The notes under the pieces are model-generated. The model was not told the origin of the DNA, did not search any database, and saw only the letters and a program-made list of their open reading frames with translations. Positions 54,558-62,688 of a stretch of DNA of 64,000 nucleotides are shown here, piece by piece. Both the position numbers and the translations under genes were made by a program. Location: positions 12,253-76,252 of the forward strand of contig DASZPH010000071.1 of NCBI GenBank assembly GCA_035550375.1, read 5' to 3'. The stretch is from Pirellulales bacterium. GTDB taxonomy: Bacteria; Planctomycetota; Planctomycetia; Pirellulales; JAICIG01. Every line of letters begins with the position of its first letter. Within the stretch, counting starts at the first letter, position 1.

Positions 54558-54998
54558 TCAGCGAGAATCCGGGAAGCGAGGCCGGGGGTGCGATCCTGAC
54601 AATTGCACCATCGTTACGTCGACCTCAATCGTGACACCTTGTTCCATAAGTTCGACGGCGATGATCAATCGGCCTTTCCCGCGGTAGCCGACAACCGTCC
54701 CTTCCACGCCCCGGAACAGGCCTTGAAAAATGCGCACCCGGTCACCCTTGACGAATGACGACAGCATGGGACGTGGTAGCGAAAGACGACCATGCCAGAA
54801 TCGACGAGGTGCAGAAGGGGCCGTGGGCAAGTCGGCCGTTGCGACTGGAAACAACGTCGACAGCTCGTTCGCAATGCGATTGGGCCACATCATGGGCACA
54901 TTCTCCGGCCGTTCCGGCCTTGCACAAGCCCCACTTGGCGATCCCACGAGGCGCCGCCTTTGGGACGGAATCATGTTAGGCGCGCCTCCTCGCTCCAT
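54558..54998 (-). CDS. NusG-like KOW-domain protein lacking a recognisable NGN domain (truncated paralog or remnant)
   Basis: The C-terminus FVKGDRVRIFQGLFRGVEGTVVGYRGKGRLIIAVELMEQGVTIEVDVTMVQL aligns with the KOW half of 56062..56730 (LKEGDHVRVKGGALAGVEGTVVARRRKCRLIVAVNLIQQGVSIEIDDHLLEP). The upstream ~70 aa are not NGN-like apart from a PNRIA / TNRIA match. No NGN was found in any upstream frame. Confidence 0.55.
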   Translation of the reverse strand: MERGGAPNMIPSQRRRLVGSPSGACARPERPENVPMMWPNRIANELSTLFPVATADLPTAPSAPRRFWHGRLSLPRPMLSSFVKGDRVRIFQGLFRGVEGTVVGYRGKGRLIIAVELMEQGVTIEVDVTMVQLSGSHPRPRFPDSR

Positions 54999-55252
54999 GA
55001 ATACGCCAAAAAGATGAAAAAAGTTTTGACTTTAGTTAGCGCAGAAACACCATTGTGCAAAGCTGGTTCGTCACCTGGGCTTATCCACGGCTTGTGAGTA
55101 GTCAAACGGGCGCGAGCGAAGACGATGCCGCGGTTGCCGACTTAGGGAATGGGTCGGCATCAGGCAACCCTATGCGATTGCCGCTTCGGGCCTGTCCGAG
55201 AACCGGCGGCCAAGGGAGACGCCCACCACGGCGCCAATTCACGGATGGAATC

Positions 55253-55603
55253 CTACGCGGGCTGTCCGACGTCGTGGTTGACGCGCTGGAAATCTGCGGT
55301 TGTCTCGTAGAGAACGCCCTTCGGACGCGAGTGAGCAACCGTAACAAGAGCCTGGATCACTTCGCCGCTCTCGGCCTGGATGCGGATCGACAGGTTTTTC
55401 GCCCGAACCGGCTTGGAATGAAACAATTTGACGCCACCATCCGTAGCAGAGTGCAATAACACCCAGAAGGACCTCGACCGTGAACCCGCCGGGCGATCGA
55501 GTTCCACCGCAGATGCGACAATCGGCGGACAGGAAGACGTGCCGGATGGTTCAGGCGACAGTCGCCGGATTAGATCACAGAAGGTTGTGGGGCGTGGCGT
55601 CAT
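55253..55603 (-). CDS. Hypothetical small beta-rich protein (weak, degenerate PilZ-like resemblance)
   Basis: An internal ATG at 55603 in ORF 55253..55888. The upstream part of that ORF has atypically low GC3. ...RSRSFWVLLHSATDGGVKLFHSKPVRAKNLSIRIQAESGEVIQALVTVAHSRPKGVLYETTADFQRV. The canonical RxxxR / DxSxxG motifs are not intact. Confidence 0.3.
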   Translation of the reverse strand: MTPRPTTFCDLIRRLSPEPSGTSSCPPIVASAVELDRPAGSRSRSFWVLLHSATDGGVKLFHSKPVRAKNLSIRIQAESGEVIQALVTVAHSRPKGVLYETTADFQRVNHDVGQPA

Positions 55604-56061
55604 TGCATGTCGTTGGGCCGGTAATGCCTCGCTCGCCACGGTGCGGGTCGGCACGGTACGGGCTTCGGCTGCGCATGAACGCGCGCGCCGGCGTAGCGGG
55701 CAACGAACCCTGCATGAGCCCGCGATCGAAAACGGGTCATTCCCTGACCTCATTCCAGAGGGCTTAGACCAGAACGCCTCTTTCTGACCGCCAGCGGCAA
55801 CGATCAGGCCGCCAATTACTAAAACTATACCCCGCTTGGCGCAAGCTAGCAAGTGCGATCCAAAGCAGTCATGTTCCAAAAGTCCCATAAATCGTCGTCT
55901 TAGCTGCGATTATCGGAACCAATTCGATTCGTTGGGGTTTTAAAAGTGCTAGTTTTAGCTTGACCGGTCGGACACTTGCCACGGCCAGTCGAGCCGGCTA
56001 CTATCTTTGGGTGGGGCATTGTTTACCCGTGTGACGATGGAGTCTGTCGAAAGGAACCTCA

Positions 56062-56730
56062 ATGCCTATTCTGACCGCGGAAACGCAGTGCTTTCCTGCC
56101 GATCTGCTTAGTTCCCTGGTCGAGCTTCCGGCCGAGACAGTCGAGCTTCCGGCCGAGACAAAGGTCGACTCGGGGGCGGGAGATGCGTGTGGGGTTGGGG
56201 CTGGCTCCTCAGTCTGCAACGCCTCGGAACTCGTCAGCGACGTGAAGGATCGCAACTGGTGGGTGATGCACACGAAACCGCGCCAGGAGAAGAGTCTGGC
56301 TCGCGACCTGCTCGCTCGTGAAATACCATTTTATTTGCCCCAGGTGCACAAGACGTCCGTCGTTCGCGGCCGAAAGCAAACCTCTTACATCCCCCTGTTC
56401 AGCAGCTATGTCTTTGTTTTCGCCGACGAATTTGAGCGACACACGAGCATGACAACCAACCGAATCGCCCACCTGATACGCGTGGCCGACCCGCGGGAAC
56501 TGACCCGTCAGCTATTTAGTATTTCGCGACTGGTTGCGGCCGGCGCGCCCCTGACCATCGAAAGCCGTTTGAAGGAGGGGGATCATGTGCGGGTCAAGGG
56601 GGGAGCGCTGGCGGGTGTGGAGGGAACGGTCGTAGCCCGTCGTCGTAAGTGCCGCCTGATCGTGGCCGTGAATCTGATTCAGCAAGGCGTCTCGATCGAA
56701 ATCGACGACCATCTCCTAGAACCGCTCTAA
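56062..56730 (+). CDS. Specialised NusG paralog (NGN + KOW; RfaH/LoaP/UpxY-like transcription antiterminator)
   Basis: NGN domain: WWVMHTKPRQEKSLARDLLAREIPFYLPQVHKTSVVRGRKQTSYIPLFSSYVFVFAD. KOW domain: GDHVRVKGGALAGVEGTVVARRRKCRLIVAV. The start is either ATG 56062 or in-frame GTG 56242 (VKDRNWWVMHTK), which would give a typical ~162-aa protein. Confidence 0.8.
   Translation: MPILTAETQCFPADLLSSLVELPAETVELPAETKVDSGAGDACGVGAGSSVCNASELVSDVKDRNWWVMHTKPRQEKSLARDLLAREIPFYLPQVHKTSVVRGRKQTSYIPLFSSYVFVFADEFERHTSMTTNRIAHLIRVADPRELTRQLFSISRLVAAGAPLTIESRLKEGDHVRVKGGALAGVEGTVVARRRKCRLIVAVNLIQQGVSIEIDDHLLEPL
56119..56160 (+). repeat. Perfect 21-bp tandem duplication (GTCGAGCTTCCGGCCGAGACA x2)
   Basis: 56119-56139 and 56140-56160 are identical. 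It is in frame with ORF 56062 (VELPAET-VELPAET), or lies in the 5' leader if translation starts at 56242. Confidence 0.95.
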
Positions 56731-56805
56731 GGTAGCCCGGCCGCCGTCCGACCCTGCCTTCGGCACGCCCGACTCCTCGGGCCAATTCGCCGCGCGTAAT
56801 GCAGG

Positions 56806-56835
56806 TTGACAAAAGGACTTCGGCGTGAGTAGCAT
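56806..56835 (+). promoter_or_regulatory. Candidate promoter TTGACA-N18-TAGCAT between the NusG paralog and the downstream operon
   Basis: TTGACA at 56806-56811 and TAGCAT at 56830-56835, about 130 nt upstream of the ATG at 56965. Confidence 0.3.
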
Positions 56836-56964
56836 AAGCCCTTGAGGCTCGTCGTTTTCAAAGCGTTGGCGTTCTGCCCGAGCTTTGAAGTCCGAATCGG
56901 AACAGGTTGCTGCGCCGCCCTGTCGGCGCCGAAAACGCGCTCGCTCGCGCGGAAGGATCTATTC

Positions 56965-58488
56965 ATGCACGCCAGTAACCCCAAGACGGTCGTCCCCTGC
57001 ATCCTTTGGCGCCTTCTCTCCGCCACCTCGATCGCCCTGACGCTGGTTTCCGCCATCCCGGCCTTGGCCCAGGAGGTCGACGGCGATTTCGAAGGCGAAA
57101 CCCAGTATCTCGATAAAGAGGGTAATCCTCGCGACATCAAAGAGCCGACCAGCCGCGACCGCAGGAAAGTGACAGACCTGTTTCCGGCCGGAAAAACGAG
57201 CAGCAAGGAAGAAGAGCAGGCGGTCGACGACTTGGCTCACTATTACATCAACGCGCTTACGCTCAAGAAGAACATCTCTGTTCTGGCCGAAAAGCGAAAG
57301 GAGCTGAAGAACAAGTACCTGGTGCCTTGCGGCCAGAAAAACCGCACGGTCACCGATCTCCACACGCGGCTTAACGAACTGACGCTGACGACCTGCCGCA
57401 AAGTGGCGGAGGATTCGAAGTATCCCCGTGCTATCCGCTACAACTGCATTCTGATGATCAGCGATCTGGACTCGGAGGAATACCAGCCGGGCGCTTCCAA
57501 TTCGATGGTGCCCTGGCCGGCCGCAACGACGGCCCTGCTGGAGATCGCCCGAGACGACAAGCAGTACGTCGCCTTGAGACTCGGGGCCGTGATCGGCCTG
57601 AAGCGCCACGCCGGGCTCAGCGTCGCGGCTTCATTGCAGCCGCAACTTGCGGAAGGGTTGGTTGGCATCCTGGCCACGCCGATCGGCGACGACAGCAATC
57701 CGGACGGTCAGGTCTGGCTACGGCTGGCGGCCGCGGATGTGCTGGACATGGCGATCGAGAAGAAGATCCCGGTTGATGCGGCAAAATTCGCGGCGGCCTT
57801 GGTGGCGCGGATAGGCGACGAGCAAATGCCAAATTGGGCCCGCGCCCGATTGGCCGGCGGACTCGGCAAACTGAACGGTCGTAGCCTGCCGCCGGAGCAG
57901 GTGCCGCTGGCGGCTCGGTCGCTTGCCGGCATGATGCTCGCCATTTGTCAAACGAGCCCGTTCGCCGTCGACGCCGACGCGGAAGCCCAAAAAGAAACGA
58001 AGGAAGAGGCCGGCAAAAAGGGCTCGGACAACAAAAAGGACAAACCGGACCCGAAGAAAGACGACAAGCCCGAAGCGGCCGCCAACTCCGTGGCGGCTGA
58101 GCCGCCTAGTCCCGCCGTTCAAAAAGTGAACAGCGAGGAGATGATGTGGCAGCTCTCGCAAATTCGAGCGGCCCTCTACGGCAAGGAGGCGGCAACCTCA
58201 AAAGATAAAGCTGCCGATCCCGCGATCGGACTGCGAGCGGCCGCCGGAGACGATGCCACGAAGACGATGATCGACAAGATCGTCGCTCATATTGACGAGA
58301 TCGTTCGCCTGCTCGCCGACGTGCCGGACGGCAAGGACGCTTCCAGCAAGCTGGCCGACAATTTGCGCGAGACCAGCGAAGACCTTGAAGGTATGCTCAG
58401 CGCGCCAGCGGCCCGCGAGGAAGAAGCTGCCCCGGCCGGCAAGCCGGTGGCCGCTACCGCCGTGGGAAACAAGCCGGCTGTCCCGTAA
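56965..58488 (+). CDS. Exported helical-repeat (ARM/HEAT-like) protein with a Lys/Asp/Glu-rich linker (hypothetical)
   Basis: GGAAGGA lies 7 nt before the ATG at 56965. Signal MHASNPKTVVPCILWRLLSATSIALTLVSAIPALAQE. Helical repeats follow. The charged linker is EAQKETKEEAGKKGSDNKKDKPDPKKDDKPE. Confidence 0.65.
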   Translation: MHASNPKTVVPCILWRLLSATSIALTLVSAIPALAQEVDGDFEGETQYLDKEGNPRDIKEPTSRDRRKVTDLFPAGKTSSKEEEQAVDDLAHYYINALTLKKNISVLAEKRKELKNKYLVPCGQKNRTVTDLHTRLNELTLTTCRKVAEDSKYPRAIRYNCILMISDLDSEEYQPGASNSMVPWPAATTALLEIARDDKQYVALRLGAVIGLKRHAGLSVAASLQPQLAEGLVGILATPIGDDSNPDGQVWLRLAAADVLDMAIEKKIPVDAAKFAAALVARIGDEQMPNWARARLAGGLGKLNGRSLPPEQVPLAARSLAGMMLAICQTSPFAVDADAEAQKETKEEAGKKGSDNKKDKPDPKKDDKPEAAANSVAAEPPSPAVQKVNSEEMMWQLSQIRAALYGKEAATSKDKAADPAIGLRAAAGDDATKTMIDKIVAHIDEIVRLLADVPDGKDASSKLADNLRETSEDLEGMLSAPAAREEEAAPAGKPVAATAVGNKPAVP

Positions 58489-58541
58489 CCAATCCTGTTG
58501 CAGCGGCCAGGAAAGGCCGGTTCACAATTCAACGTTCGCTT

Positions 58542-60944
58542 TTGGCAAAAGGATTTGCCGTCGTGCGCAACGAGTCCGTCGTACTGCATTTGGCCCTGGC
58601 CCTCTTGTTGCTGGCGGGTTGCAGCGAGTTGCGGTTGCGAAAGCTGACGCCCGACGATCAGGCGTCGTCGCTTGCCAAGGGACGTAACGACGGTTCCGAA
58701 GGAAACGAGAAACGCAACTCCCGCCGCGCGAAGCCCCGCCGTTCGCTCAATCTGCAAGGCGCCGGCGAAGCCCAGACAACCTCAAGGAACGACGGTTGGA
58801 ACCCCGCCGCGGCGTCCGAGTCTCCTTTCGATCCGTCTGAGGGATACCGCTGGCGGCACTTCGAGCTGGAGGCGCTCGTTGCCCTACCTGCCGACGAACG
58901 GCCCGATCTGGTCGCTGCGCTTGAGGATCCCGACCCTGTCGTGGCCACCAACGCGGCCATCTGTCTGGCCCGTCTCGGCGACGACCGCGGTCGCGAGCTC
59001 TTAATCGACGCCGTCTGCGACGGCCAGTTTCGCTTGCCGATGCGCTGCGCGGCCGCCGAGGGGCTGGCCGAACTGCGAGAGCCTGCGACCCCGGCCGAGT
59101 TGAAACGCCTGATCGACCGTTACGGCGACTTCTCATCGCCGGCGTACTTGCCTGAAGTGCACGCCGAGTTGCTCTACGGCCTGGCGGCTCACGTCGACGC
59201 CGGGGTGGACGAACGGTTTGTCGCGGCCGTGAAGAGCCCTGCTGCCGGGGTCCGCCTGGCAGCGATCCGAAGCTGGACGCAGCCGGGCCGCGCCCCCTTG
59301 GCCGAAGAGGCTGCCGACCTCCGGACCGACCAGGACCCACGGGTTCGCGCGGCGGCTATCATGGCGATGGCTCGGCAGCACCATCCGTTGGCCCTCGACG
59401 CGGCCCGCGCGGCGGTGACCGATTATCGCCTGGAAGTTCGGTTGGCGGCCATCGCGGCACTGGGGGAGATCGGAGGTCCTGAGGCAAAGCGGGAACTGGA
59501 AAAACTCGAACGTGAACCGGAAATCATCCGGGCGGGCGCGATCACCGCCTTCGCGAAAATCGGCGACCGGGATCATGTGTGGGCCGGAGCCGAGAGCCCG
59601 TCGTGGCACGTGCGGCGCGCCGTCGCGGCCGCGCTGGTGCGATGGCCCGACGCCGGCGGCGTATTGCTCGCCCGGCGCCTACTCGTCGACCCCAGCATCG
59701 AGGTCGAGAAAGAGGTGCTCGCCACCTTGGCAGCCTGGCCCGTGGAGGTATCGGCGGACGTTCTGTTTGAAGCCATGGCCGGTAACGGCTATATGGCCCG
59801 CAAGGAGGCCGCAGCGCAACTTGCCAGGCACTGGCCCGCGGCGCGCGAGTTCACCCCCGACGCGCCCGCCGAGCGGCGGGCCGAAGTGCTGGCCCGGCTA
59901 CGCACCCGGTGGGCAGACGAACATGGCGGGACGGCCACGCTTGCCGGTTCTGCGGAAGTCAAACCGTCTGCGGCGCCGCCGGAAGCCGCGCGTGTCGCGC
60001 GAGCGGCCCGGATACTCGACGACTTGCAACGCGGGCAGCCTGGTGGCGCCGAAACGGCGGCCGCTTTGCGAGAGTTGGCCGAGTTCGGACCCGACCTACC
60101 CACCGTGCTCGATCGAGTGGTCGACGAACGCAACGTTGTGTTGCCCGACGTCGTCTACCGTGAGGTGTTGCCGAAGTTGGGCGGAGCTTTCGACTACCTC
60201 GACCGCCTGCGATCCGACGACGTTCACCAGCGACGCCGGGCGGCAAACAGCTTGGCGACGCTTGCCGCGCGTGAGCCACTAGGCGGCCTGGCGTTGGCGC
60301 GGCTGAGCGAAATAGGTGTCGGCGAATCGGACACACCGGTCCTGGCCGCACTCTTCCAAGCCGTCGCTCACGATGGCCGCGAGCCGGCGGTCCGCCTGGC
60401 GTATGCCGGGCTGGGACACCGTTCGGCCGAGGTCCGACGGCTGGCGGCCGAGTACCTAGGAGCGCATCCGGCGCCGGAGCACGCGAAGGTGTTGCTGCCT
60501 GCGCTGCAAGACAAGAACTACGCCGTGGTGCTGGCCACCATCAAGGCGCTGGGACATCCCGGTCTGCTCGACGACACGCAACCTTTGGAGCGGCTGCTGA
60601 TCGCCCACGACCCGCAGACTCGGCTGGCCGTGGCCGAAAGTCTGGTGATTTTAGGCGCCGACAGCGGTCCACGGGCTCTTGAACTTCTGGCGCACGACAG
60701 AGACATCAACACGCGGCGGGAGGCCGCGCAGATGATGGGGCGTCACGCCGACGGGCGCTACACCGAGACGTTGATCGCCCTGCTGGACGACACGCTGGGC
60801 GTGCGCACCGCTGCCCTGGCGAGCCTGCCCTTGGTGGCCGGTCGCGACGTGGCAGATCGGCCCGACGACCCGCCCACCGGCACGCTGGAGCGAGTCGGGC
60901 GGTGGAAACAATGGTGGCGGTCGCAAAGGACGCGGGTGGAGTAG
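58542..60944 (+). CDS. HEAT-repeat lipoprotein (PBS-lyase-type HEAT-like repeats)
   Basis: Lipobox LALALLLLAGC. There are many repeats of the type DPDPVVATNAAICLARLGDDRG, DQDPRVRAAAIMAMAR, EVRLAAIAALGEIGGPEA, SAEVRRLAAEYLG and DINTRREAAQMMG. The start is TTG at 58542 or GTG at 58563. Confidence 0.75.
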   Translation: MAKGFAVVRNESVVLHLALALLLLAGCSELRLRKLTPDDQASSLAKGRNDGSEGNEKRNSRRAKPRRSLNLQGAGEAQTTSRNDGWNPAAASESPFDPSEGYRWRHFELEALVALPADERPDLVAALEDPDPVVATNAAICLARLGDDRGRELLIDAVCDGQFRLPMRCAAAEGLAELREPATPAELKRLIDRYGDFSSPAYLPEVHAELLYGLAAHVDAGVDERFVAAVKSPAAGVRLAAIRSWTQPGRAPLAEEAADLRTDQDPRVRAAAIMAMARQHHPLALDAARAAVTDYRLEVRLAAIAALGEIGGPEAKRELEKLEREPEIIRAGAITAFAKIGDRDHVWAGAESPSWHVRRAVAAALVRWPDAGGVLLARRLLVDPSIEVEKEVLATLAAWPVEVSADVLFEAMAGNGYMARKEAAAQLARHWPAAREFTPDAPAERRAEVLARLRTRWADEHGGTATLAGSAEVKPSAAPPEAARVARAARILDDLQRGQPGGAETAAALRELAEFGPDLPTVLDRVVDERNVVLPDVVYREVLPKLGGAFDYLDRLRSDDVHQRRRAANSLATLAAREPLGGLALARLSEIGVGESDTPVLAALFQAVAHDGREPAVRLAYAGLGHRSAEVRRLAAEYLGAHPAPEHAKVLLPALQDKNYAVVLATIKALGHPGLLDDTQPLERLLIAHDPQTRLAVAESLVILGADSGPRALELLAHDRDINTRREAAQMMGRHADGRYTETLIALLDDTLGVRTAALASLPLVAGRDVADRPDDPPTGTLERVGRWKQWWRSQRTRVE

Positions 60945-61121
60945 CGGCGAGGTGTAAACCCCTGCTCATTTTTTAACGATTTCCTTGGCATTGGAACCGG
61001 GGTTTGATGTAAAATGACACCCGTACCGCGGCAGGTTCGTCGGGCGGTTTTTCGCGCTCGATTTGCCGTCACCCGATTTTTCAAGTCAGTCCGACAGGGT
61101 CTCGACCGAGGAGCCGTTTCC

Positions 61122-62468
61122 ATGACGTCCCTTCAGCGTTGCCGGGGGCGAGTCGCCCGCATGATTGGTGCCGCCCTTCTTCTGTCAGCCGCCTCGACGG
61201 CGCAGGCCCAGTTCTTCCGCCAGGCGGTCGGCGGTATCTCGATCGATCCCAAGGGGGTGCTCGCCAACGCCCGTCACGACTCGAACGGCTTACGCCAGTT
61301 CTGGCTCGACCTGCTCAAGCCGGTGCCTGAGGATCTGGCACAGGACTCAAAGCTGCGCAAGATCTCGCTCAAGGGTCTGGCGGCTCTGCTCAACGGGCTC
61401 GAGGACAAAGCGGCTTTGCCGGACGAAGTGCGTTTCTTGGCCGGGTTGCAACGTGTGGAGTACGTGCTCGTCTATCCTGATCTGAACGACATCGTGCTCG
61501 TCGGTTTCGGCGAAGGATGGAAGGTCGACGATCGGGGCAACGTCGTGGGCGTGACGACGAAGCGCCCGGTGATGCAGATCGATGACCTGGTCGTGGCGCT
61601 GCGGATAGCCGGCGCGGCGCAGGGGCCGATTCAATGCTCCATCGATCCGACGAAAGAAGGTCTGGAGCGCATCGGGCAGATGGCCGGCAAATTCTTGGTG
61701 CCGAACCAGAACCCGCAGGTGATGGCGGCCGAGATGGAACAGGCGCTGGGGCCGCAGACGATCTCGTTTCAGAATGTGCCTCCGACCAGCCGCTTCGCTC
61801 ACGTCCTGCTTGCCGCCGACTATCGCATGAAGCGGCTGGGGATGAACTTCGAGCCCTCGCACGTCAAAGGGCTGCCGAGTTATCTGCAGATGCTCAAGAA
61901 CAACCCGCAAGCGGGCGCGGCCAACCTGCTGCCGCGCTGGTGGCTCACGACCAACTACGAGCCCCTGCTGGCCGACAAGGCCGGTCTAGCCTGGCAGCTT
62001 CGCGGGCAGGGGGTCAAGGCCATGACGGAAGACGACTTTGTGGGAACCGACGGCCAGCGAAAACAAACGGGCAAGGCGAGCCCGGTGGCCCAGAAATGGG
62101 CCGACCAGATGACGGCCAAGTACGATGAGCTGTCGCTCAAGGAGCCGATCTTCGGCGAGCTACGCAACTGTATGGACCTGGCGGTAGTGGCCTCGCTGAT
62201 CTTCCAGGAGAACCTGGCCGCCAAGGCGGCCCTGGACCTGGGCGCCTTGATCGACCCGGCCGTCTATCCGATCGAGGAATTCAATCTACCCAAGCAGGTC
62301 GACACCAAGGTCAGCTACATCCACGCTTCGGGCAGTTACATCCTGAGCGCTTCGGGCGGCGTCGACATCGACTGCTGGGCCGACGCTCGCCGCAAGGAGA
62401 CCGGCGATTTGGAGCCGGTCCGAGCGCAAGTCGCCGAAAGCCGCGGCAAGCTGTGGTGGTGGAACTGA
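61122..62468 (+). CDS. Exported hypothetical protein (conserved-looking, globular)
   Basis: The ATG at 61122 gives MTSLQRCRGRVARMIGAALLLSAASTAQAQ (signal peptide). The composition is globular and ends ...GKLWWWN. I cannot verify a family; it is possibly a planctomycete DUF. Confidence 0.7.
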   Translation: MTSLQRCRGRVARMIGAALLLSAASTAQAQFFRQAVGGISIDPKGVLANARHDSNGLRQFWLDLLKPVPEDLAQDSKLRKISLKGLAALLNGLEDKAALPDEVRFLAGLQRVEYVLVYPDLNDIVLVGFGEGWKVDDRGNVVGVTTKRPVMQIDDLVVALRIAGAAQGPIQCSIDPTKEGLERIGQMAGKFLVPNQNPQVMAAEMEQALGPQTISFQNVPPTSRFAHVLLAADYRMKRLGMNFEPSHVKGLPSYLQMLKNNPQAGAANLLPRWWLTTNYEPLLADKAGLAWQLRGQGVKAMTEDDFVGTDGQRKQTGKASPVAQKWADQMTAKYDELSLKEPIFGELRNCMDLAVVASLIFQENLAAKAALDLGALIDPAVYPIEEFNLPKQVDTKVSYIHASGSYILSASGGVDIDCWADARRKETGDLEPVRAQVAESRGKLWWWN

Positions 62469-62688
62469 GCGATTTGTAGGACTCCCGTCGCTCGTCGCAC
62501 CGCTACGTCTCCATTCTTTCGCAACCCGTCTGATCGGAACGGATTAACGCGCCGCAGCCGGTCCTTCTCTTCGATCCGGGGGGATCGCTTCGTAGATCCC
62601 CGTCCCCTGCCACCCCCCTGCCGCGACGGCGTCCGTGGTATAAGATTCTCTAGTGGCTCGCACGCCCGAAGAGAATTAAGGAGTGATT

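Noticed and set aside
55253-55603. PilZ (c-di-GMP-binding) domain next to polysaccharide-export and NusG-like genes
   Set aside because: Only the general beta-rich pattern fits. The RxxxR and (D/N)xSxxG motifs are not intact (RSRSF... and SATDGG) and their spacing is wrong. I kept it as a hypothetical CDS only.
60985-61015. TTGGCA...TAAAAT promoter-like pair upstream of the 61122 gene
   Set aside because: The spacer is 19 nt, which is outside the usual 16-18 nt range. It was not annotated, though an internal promoter here remains possible.
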